From an uncultured Actinomycetes bacterium (GTDB lineage Bacteria > Actinomycetota > Thermoleophilia > Solirubrobacterales > Solirubrobacteraceae), in contig CAVPQY010000005.1 of the NCBI GenBank assembly GCA_963707695.1, forward strand, positions 100,050 through 164,049: 64,000 nucleotides of DNA, in the 5' to 3' direction. The position numbers were made by a program, and so were the translations under genes. The notes below the pieces were generated by a model. It was not told the DNA's origin and made no database searches. It was given only the letters and a program-made list of their open reading frames with translations. Shown in pieces: positions 57,289-64,000 of this stretch. Position 1 is the stretch's first letter; every line of letters starts with the position of its first letter.

Positions 57289-57883
57289 GCTCCTCGTCGG
57301 TCGCCGGCGGCCCGGGGAGCGGCTCGCCGGCCGGCGCGCGCAGGCCGTCGAGGGCGAGCGCGAGCGAGCGCCGCCGGAGCTGCCGGGTGCGCTCCTCGTC
57401 GCCGAGGCGGATGGACGCGACCTGCTCGAAGACGAGCGCGAGGTCGTTGACGCTCGCGTCGCGGCGGATCGCGCCCGCGTCCTGCGCCGCGCCGAAGAGC
57501 TCGACGTTCAGCCGTCCCGCCTCCTCCGCCGCGGCGTACAGCGCCGGTGTCGGCACGAAGGTGCCGGCCAGGCGCTGGGTCAGGGTGCTGGCGTCGGCCT
57601 CGACCGCGGCCCGCATGAACGCCGCGAAGCGCTCCCACGGGTCCGCGGGGAGCGCGAGGGCGGACCGTGCCGCGGCGATGTACCGCCGCAGGCCGTCCGC
57701 GCACAGCGCGCGCAGCAGGTCGTCCTTGCTCGCGTAGCGCGCGTAGAGCGCGCTCATCCCGACGCCGGCGTGGCGGGCGACCGCCGCGACCGGGGCTGAC
57801 GGGTCGGCCACGAAGACCGCCCGCGCGGACGCGAGGATGCGCTCGTCGTTGCGCGCGCGGCGCTCGCCCCGAGGCTGCGGCAT
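57254..57883 (-). CDS. TetR-family transcriptional regulator
   Basis: Track ORF 57254..58168 trimmed to ATG 57883. It reads RNDERILASARAVFVADPSAPVAAVARHAGVGMSALYARYASKDDLL. Confidence 0.8.
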   Translation of the reverse strand: MPQPRGERRARNDERILASARAVFVADPSAPVAAVARHAGVGMSALYARYASKDDLLRALCADGLRRYIAAARSALALPADPWERFAAFMRAAVEADASTLTQRLAGTFVPTPALYAAAEEAGRLNVELFGAAQDAGAIRRDASVNDLALVFEQVASIRLGDEERTRQLRRRSLALALDGLRAPAGEPLPGPPATDEELTARWTPPARR

Positions 57884-57898
57884 GGCCCCATCATAACT

Positions 57899-57913
57899 GG
57901 AATGGAACATTCC
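57899..57913. promoter_or_regulatory. Palindrome GGAATG-GAA-CATTCC between tetR and the VOC gene (candidate TetR operator)
   Basis: Perfect 6-bp inverted repeat with a 3-bp spacer, inside an unusually AT-rich 78-nt divergent intergenic region. Confidence 0.5.
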
Positions 57914-57961
57914 GTTCTGATAAGCTGAAGCCCGTCTTCTCCCCGTCCCAAGGAGCGCCTC

Positions 57962-58333
57962 ATGGACTTCAAGCTCGAGCTCGTGGCCGTCCCCGTCAGC
58001 GACGTGGACCGCGCCAAGGCCTTCTACACCGACCGGCTCGGCTTCACGGCCGACCACGACCACCAGGTCGACGAGCACGTGCGCTTCGTGCAGCTCACGC
58101 CGCCCGGCTCGGCGTGCTCCATCGCGATCGGGACGGGCGTCGTCGACACCGAGCCCGGGTCCGTGCACGGCCTGCAGCTCGTCGTCGACGACATCGAGGC
58201 GGCGCGGGCCGAGCTCCGCGCGCGCGGCGCCGAGCCCGGCGACGTCCAGGACTTCCCGTGGGGGCGCTTCCTGTTCCTCGCCGACCCCGACGGCAACCGC
58301 TGGGCCGTCCAGGAGGTCCCCGTGCGCCGCTGA
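57962..58333 (+). CDS. Glyoxalase/bleomycin-resistance (VOC) family protein
   Basis: Track ORF 57962..58333. It reads VPVSDVDRAKAFYTDRLGF and FLFLADPDGNRWAVQE. Confidence 0.8.
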   Translation: MDFKLELVAVPVSDVDRAKAFYTDRLGFTADHDHQVDEHVRFVQLTPPGSACSIAIGTGVVDTEPGSVHGLQLVVDDIEAARAELRARGAEPGDVQDFPWGRFLFLADPDGNRWAVQEVPVRR

Positions 58334-58349
58334 GCTCCGCCGTGCTGCC

Positions 58350-58371
58350 GCGCCGCCGGGACCGGCGGCGC
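58350..58371. terminator. Perfect 10-bp GC palindrome/hairpin between the convergent VOC and ettA genes
   Basis: GCGCCGCCGG-GA-CCGGCGGCGC, located between the two stop codons (58333 and 58398). Confidence 0.45.
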
Positions 58372-58397
58372 GTCCGCCGGATCGCGCGCTCGGTCCG

Positions 58398-60057
<1,660 letters not shown>

Positions 60058-60077
60058 CGGGGATCTAGGCTACTGCC

Positions 60078-61499
60078 GTGTCGCCGCGGCCCCGCCTGCG
60101 CCTGCGTGAGGACGACGCGCCCCCATTGCTCCTGGGCGTGGCCGTCGCCGCGGCGGCGGTGGCGCTCACGACGCTGCTGATCTACGCGCTCGACAACGTC
60201 GCGCCCGTCGTGTCGCTCGGCGTCGTCTACCTCGTCGCCGTGCTGCTCGTGTCCTCGATCTGGGGCTGGGCGCTCGGCGTGGCGACCGCCGTGGCCAGCG
60301 CGCTGGCCTTCAACTTCTTCCACATCCCGCCCACGGGCCGGTTCACGATCCGCGAGGGCGAGAACTGGGTCGCGCTCGTCGTCTTCCTCATCGCCGCGGT
60401 CCTGGCCAGCACGCTCGCCGAGCAGGCGCGCGTCCGGGCGCGCGACGCGGACCAGCGCCGCCAGGAGGCCGACCTGGCCGCCGAGATGGCCCGGCTGCTG
60501 CTGCGCGGCGGCCGGCTGGAGGAGGCGCTGCCGCTCGTCGCCCACCGCCTGGCCCAGGGGCTCGACCTGCCGTCCGTCGCGCTCGAGCTGCGCGCCGTCG
60601 ACGGCGACGAGCGGCGCGTCGCCTTCCCGCTGCGCGAGCACACCCGGCAGATCGGGACGCTGCTCGTCCCGGCCTCCCTGTCGGAGGCGGTCCTGCACCG
60701 CCTCCAGCGCCGGGTCGTCCCGCAGCTCGAGGCGCTGCTGGCGGCGGCGCTCGAACGCGACGAGCTGCTCGGCGACGCCGTCGAGACGGCCGCGCTGCGC
60801 CGCTCCGACGTCCTGAAGACGGCGCTGCTGCGTGCCGTCTCGCACGACCTGCGCTCCCCGCTGACGGCGATCCTGGCCGCCGTCGACGCGCTCGGCTCGG
60901 CGGGGATCACCGACGCCGAGCGCCAGGAGCTCGTCGACGACGTCGGCACGGAGGCGACCCGGCTCTCGCGCCTCATCGACAACCTGCTGGACCTCTCGCG
61001 GCTGGAGGCGGACGCGGCCGAGCCGCGGCGCGAGTGGTGCTCGGTCGGCGAGGTGCTCGAGGCCGCCGCCGAGGACCTCGGGCTGCCCGACGGGACGTTC
61101 CGGCTGTCGATCGACCCGGACCTCCCGCAGGTGCGGGCCGATGCGGCCCAGCTCGAGCGCGCCTTCGCCAACCTGCTGGAGAACGCCAGCCGGCACGGCG
61201 GCGGCCACCCGGTCTCCGTCCGCGCCCGCGCGGTCGGTCCGCGGATCATCGTCCGCGTCGTCGACCGCGGCCCGGGCATCCCTTCCGCGCAGCGCGACCG
61301 GATCTTCGAGCCGTTCTACCGCTCCGGCACCGAGCGCACGGGGCACCGCGGCTCGGGCCTTGGACTGGCCATCACCCGCGGCTTCGTCGAGGTCAACGGC
61401 GGGACGGTGTCGGTCGAGTCGCTCCCGGGGCAGGGCACGACGTTCGTCGTGGAGCTGCCGCTCGACGCGCCAGTCCCGGCGCCGGTCGCGACCCCGTGA
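60078..61499 (+). CDS. kdpD: KdpD-like sensor histidine kinase lacking the N-terminal KdpD/Usp sensor modules (DUF4118 TM + HisKA + HATPase_c)
   Basis: Track ORF 60078..61499 (473 aa). The TM block reads VSLGVVYLVAVLLVSSIWGWALGVATAVASALAFNFFHIPP...WVALVVFLIAAVLAS. The H-box is LLRAVSHDLRSPLTAI. It also reads NLLENASRH, DRGPGIP and GSGLGLAI. Confidence 0.8.
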   Translation: MSPRPRLRLREDDAPPLLLGVAVAAAAVALTTLLIYALDNVAPVVSLGVVYLVAVLLVSSIWGWALGVATAVASALAFNFFHIPPTGRFTIREGENWVALVVFLIAAVLASTLAEQARVRARDADQRRQEADLAAEMARLLLRGGRLEEALPLVAHRLAQGLDLPSVALELRAVDGDERRVAFPLREHTRQIGTLLVPASLSEAVLHRLQRRVVPQLEALLAAALERDELLGDAVETAALRRSDVLKTALLRAVSHDLRSPLTAILAAVDALGSAGITDAERQELVDDVGTEATRLSRLIDNLLDLSRLEADAAEPRREWCSVGEVLEAAAEDLGLPDGTFRLSIDPDLPQVRADAAQLERAFANLLENASRHGGGHPVSVRARAVGPRIIVRVVDRGPGIPSAQRDRIFEPFYRSGTERTGHRGSGLGLAITRGFVEVNGGTVSVESLPGQGTTFVVELPLDAPVPAPVATP

Positions 61500-62170
61500 G
61501 CCGGCGCGTCCTCGTCGTCGACGACGAGCCGCAGATCCTGCGCGCGCTGCGCATCGTGCTGCGCGAGGCGGACTTCGACGTGCTGCCGGCCACCACGGCG
61601 AAGGAGGCGCTGGACGCCGCCGCGCTCCGCCCGCCCGACGCCGCGATCGTCGACCTCGTGCTGCCCGACGGCGACGGCATCGAGGTCACGCGCTCCCTGC
61701 GCGAGTGGACGGCGGCGCCGATCATCGTGCTCAGCGCCGTCGGCGAGGAGGACGAGAAGGTCCGCGCCCTGCAGGCCGGCGCCGACGACTACGTGACCAA
61801 GCCGTTCGGGCCGCGCGAGCTCGTCGCGCGGCTGGAGGCGGTCCTGCGCCGCAGCGCGCAGGCGCCGGACGAGCCGGTCCTGCGGGCCGAAGGCCTCGAG
61901 CTCGACCTCGCCGCGCACGAGGTCCGCGTCGGCGGGGAGGTCGTGCGCCTCACCCCGAAGGAGTTCGACCTGCTGACGACGCTCATGCGCCACCGCGGAC
62001 GGCTCATGACGCACCGCGCGCTGCTCACCGAGGTCTGGGGTCCGGCCTACGCCGACGACGTCGGGACGCTGCGCACGCACATGTCGAACCTGCGCCGCAA
62101 GGTCGAGCCGCCCGGCGCGCCGCGGCTGCTGAGCACCGACGCCGGGGTCGGCTACCGCCTGGCGGGCTGA
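61496..62170 (+). CDS. kdpE: OmpR-family response regulator KdpE
   Basis: Tail of track ORF 61034..62170 from GTG 61496 (GTGA overlap). It reads RVLVVDDEPQILRAL, DAAIVDLVLPDGDG, IIVLSAVGEEDEKVRALQAGADDYVTKPF, LTPKEFDLL and GVGYRL. Confidence 0.85.
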   Translation: MSRRVLVVDDEPQILRALRIVLREADFDVLPATTAKEALDAAALRPPDAAIVDLVLPDGDGIEVTRSLREWTAAPIIVLSAVGEEDEKVRALQAGADDYVTKPFGPRELVARLEAVLRRSAQAPDEPVLRAEGLELDLAAHEVRVGGEVVRLTPKEFDLLTTLMRHRGRLMTHRALLTEVWGPAYADDVGTLRTHMSNLRRKVEPPGAPRLLSTDAGVGYRLAG

Positions 62171-62200
62171 CAGCGCCCCACGGGGCCGCCTCGTGGCGGT

Positions 62201-62217
62201 CTTGACGCGTCCTTGAT
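62201..62217 (+). promoter_or_regulatory. Direct repeat CTTGAC-N5-CTTGAT (11-bp phasing) upstream of the kdpF region; candidate KdpE box
   Basis: cttgacgcgtccttgat. A third CTTGAC lies at 62244-62249. OmpR-family regulators typically bind direct repeats with about one helical turn of spacing. Confidence 0.3.
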
Positions 62218-62273
62218 GGCGGCGAGCCGGATCCGAATACGGCCTTGACGACGGCGCGCCTAGGGTCGGATCC

Positions 62274-62396
62274 ATGCCCTTCCCCGCGGTGCTCGCCTCG
62301 GTGCTGGACTCGCTCCAGGACGTGTCCTCCCTGGCGTTCGGGGTTCTCGCCTTCGCCGCCCTGTTCCTGGTGCTCGTGGGGCTCGACCGCGTATGA
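62274..62396 (+). CDS. Hypothetical 40-aa membrane peptide immediately upstream of kdpF
   Basis: Own translation: MPFPAVLASVLDSLQDVSSLAFGVLAFAALFLVLVGLDRV. The stop overlaps the kdpF ATG (ATGA). It is below the ORF-track size cutoff. Confidence 0.35.
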   Translation: MPFPAVLASVLDSLQDVSSLAFGVLAFAALFLVLVGLDRV

Positions 62397-62482
62397 GCAC
62401 CGTCGAGCTCGTCGGGCTGATCGTGTCGGTGCTCGTCTTCGCCTACCTGCTCGTGGCGCTCCTGCGCCCGGAGCGCTTCTAG
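62393..62482 (+). CDS. kdpF: K+-transporting ATPase subunit F
   Basis: Own translation: MSTVELVGLIVSVLVFAYLLVALLRPERF. It has the classic KdpF length and the YL..ALLRPE(R/K)F ending, and lies 3 nt upstream of kdpA. Confidence 0.75.
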   Translation: MSTVELVGLIVSVLVFAYLLVALLRPERF

Positions 62483-62485
62483 GCC

Positions 62486-64000
62486 ATGACCGTCTCCGGC
62501 TGGGTCGAGATCCTCCTCTTCCTGGCGGTCCTGACCGCCCTGACCCCCGTGTTCGGGGGCTACATGGCCCGGGTCTTCGCAGGCGAGCACGTCGCCCTGA
62601 GCCGCGTGATGGCGCCGGTCGAGCGCGGCCTCTACCGCGTGCTGGGGGTCGACCCCGAGCGCGGCCAGGACTGGAAGGCCTACGCCCGTTCGGTACTGGT
62701 CCTGAGCGCCGCCTTCGGCGTGCTGCTCTACGTGATCCTGCGGACCCAGACGCTGCACCCGTGGAACCCGCGGAACCTCAGCTCGGGCACCTGGGACGTC
62801 TCCTTCAACACCGCCTCGGCGTTCCTGACGAACACGAACTGGCAGTTCTACGCGGGCGAGACGACGCTGTCCTACTTCTCGCAGATGGCCGGCCTGGCCG
62901 TCCAGAACTTCGTCTCCGCGGGCGTCGGCATCGCGGTGCTGATCGCCTTCATCCGCGGGCTGGCCTCGCGCTCGGGCAAGGAGCTCGGCGTCTTCTACGT
63001 CGACTTCACGCGCTGCGTCGCTCTACGTCCTCCTGCCGATCTCGGTGCTGCTCGGGCTGTTCCTGGTCAGCCAGGGGGCCCTGCAGACCCTCGGCGGCCC
63101 GATCCACGCCACGGGGCTGACCGGCCTCGCTCAGACGTTCGCGCGCGGGCCCGTCGCGAGCCAGGAGTCGATCAAGATGCTCGGGACGAACGGCGGCGGC
63201 TTCTTCAACGTCAACTCGTCGATGCCGTTCGAGAACCCGACGTGGGTGACGAACTTCGTCGTGATGCTGTCGGTCCTCTCGATCCCGGCGGCGCTCACGG
63301 CGACCTACGGGCGCATGGTCGACAACCGCCGTCAGGGCTGGATGGTCTTCGGCGCGATGATGGCCCTCTTCGTCGTCGCGGTGGTCATCGTCTACGTCAA
63401 CGAGGCGGGCTCGACGCCGGCGATGCACGCGGCCGGCCTGACGGGCGACAACCTCGAGGGCAAGGAGCAGCGCTTCGGGATCGGCTCCACGTCGCTGTTC
63501 GTCGCCGTCACGACGGCCGCCTCCTGCGGCGCGGTCAACGGCGCGATGGAGTCGCTGAGCGGCCTCGGCGGCGCGGTCCCGATGGCGCAGATGATGACCG
63601 GCGAGGTCATCTGGGGCGGCGTCGGCTCGGGCCTGTACTCGATGCTCCTCTTCGTCATCCTCGGCGTCTTCATCTCGGGCCTGATGGTCGGCCGTACGCC
63701 CGAGTTCCTGGGCAAGAAGATCGAGGCGCGGGAGGTCAAGCTGACGATCATCGGCTCGATCACCGTGCCGATGATGGTCCTGGCCGCCACGGCCTTCGCG
63801 ATCGGCTCGAAGTGGGGGACGCCGTCGATCTCCAACTCGGGGCCGCAGGGCTTCTCCGAGACGCTCTACGCCTACACGTCGCAGAGCAACAACAACGGCT
63901 CGGCCTTCGCCGGCTACACGGGCTACCTGCAGCCCAACGGCACGAACCACGGCGCCTTCGGGATCTCCTTCGCCGACGTCGTGGGCGGCCTGGCGATGCT
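62486..64000 (+). pseudogene. kdpA: K+-transporting ATPase subunit A (partial, continues past window end); frameshifted as sequenced (extra base near 63017-63021)
   Basis: Own translation from ATG 62486: MTVSGWVEILLFLAVLTALTPVFGGYMARVFAGE...NTNWQFYAGETTLSYFSQMAGLAVQNFVSAGVGIAV...VFYVDFTRCV. The next frame continues LYVLLPISVLLGLFLVSQGALQTL...SQESIKMLGTNGGGFFNVNSSMPFENPT...TTAASCGAVNGAMESL...MVGRTPEFLGKKIE...NNNGSAFAG. It is not in the ORF track because it has no stop in the window. Confidence 0.85.

Overview
Very GC-rich (about 70% or more by eye), gene-dense bacterial chromosome segment. The codon usage, the frequent 4-nt ATGA/GTGA start-stop overlaps and the protein families look like a high-GC Actinomycetota genome. 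A Thermoleophilia/Solirubrobacterales-like origin is only a low-confidence guess. Many of the long ORFs in the supplied track are Arg/Pro/Gly/Ala-rich artefacts of the GC content. I selected the frames whose translations carry recognisable motifs.

Contents in order:
- a LuxR-type two-component system with an extra receiver-only protein and a convergent GGDEF cyclase
- an RTX-like secreted protein and agmatine deiminase
- tRNA-Asp, followed by a lower-GC islet holding a truncated, stop-interrupted mobile-element-like gene remnant and small orphan genes
- cell-envelope and peptidase genes
- a DUF892 ferritin-like protein with an extraordinary Ser/Arg/Gly tail
- aconitase
- an ECF sigma/anti-sigma module
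- a large block of catabolic genes at about 24-55 kb: GMC oxidase, three ALDH-type genes, an extradiol dioxygenase, MarR, a GATase, an aminotransferase, a PLP decarboxylase-GNAT-SDR-LLM operon, an APC permease-GS-like-P450-GntR operon, an ADC-like/FAH pair and a ferredoxin/ferredoxin reductase pair
- EttA
- a kdpDE-kdpF-kdpA locus running off the window end

Most interesting observations:
1. An identical 15-bp AT-rich perfect palindrome sits in two divergent promoter regions about 15 kb apart. It links the P450 operon to its likely redox partners, which suggests an undescribed regulon for gamma-glutamylation/P450-dependent amine catabolism.
2. The DUF892 protein carries a Ser/Arg/Gly-only tail.
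3. At least five conserved genes carry single-nucleotide frameshifts, which indicates either assembly indel errors or gene decay.

I recognised no CRISPR array, integrase, transposase or known defence system.
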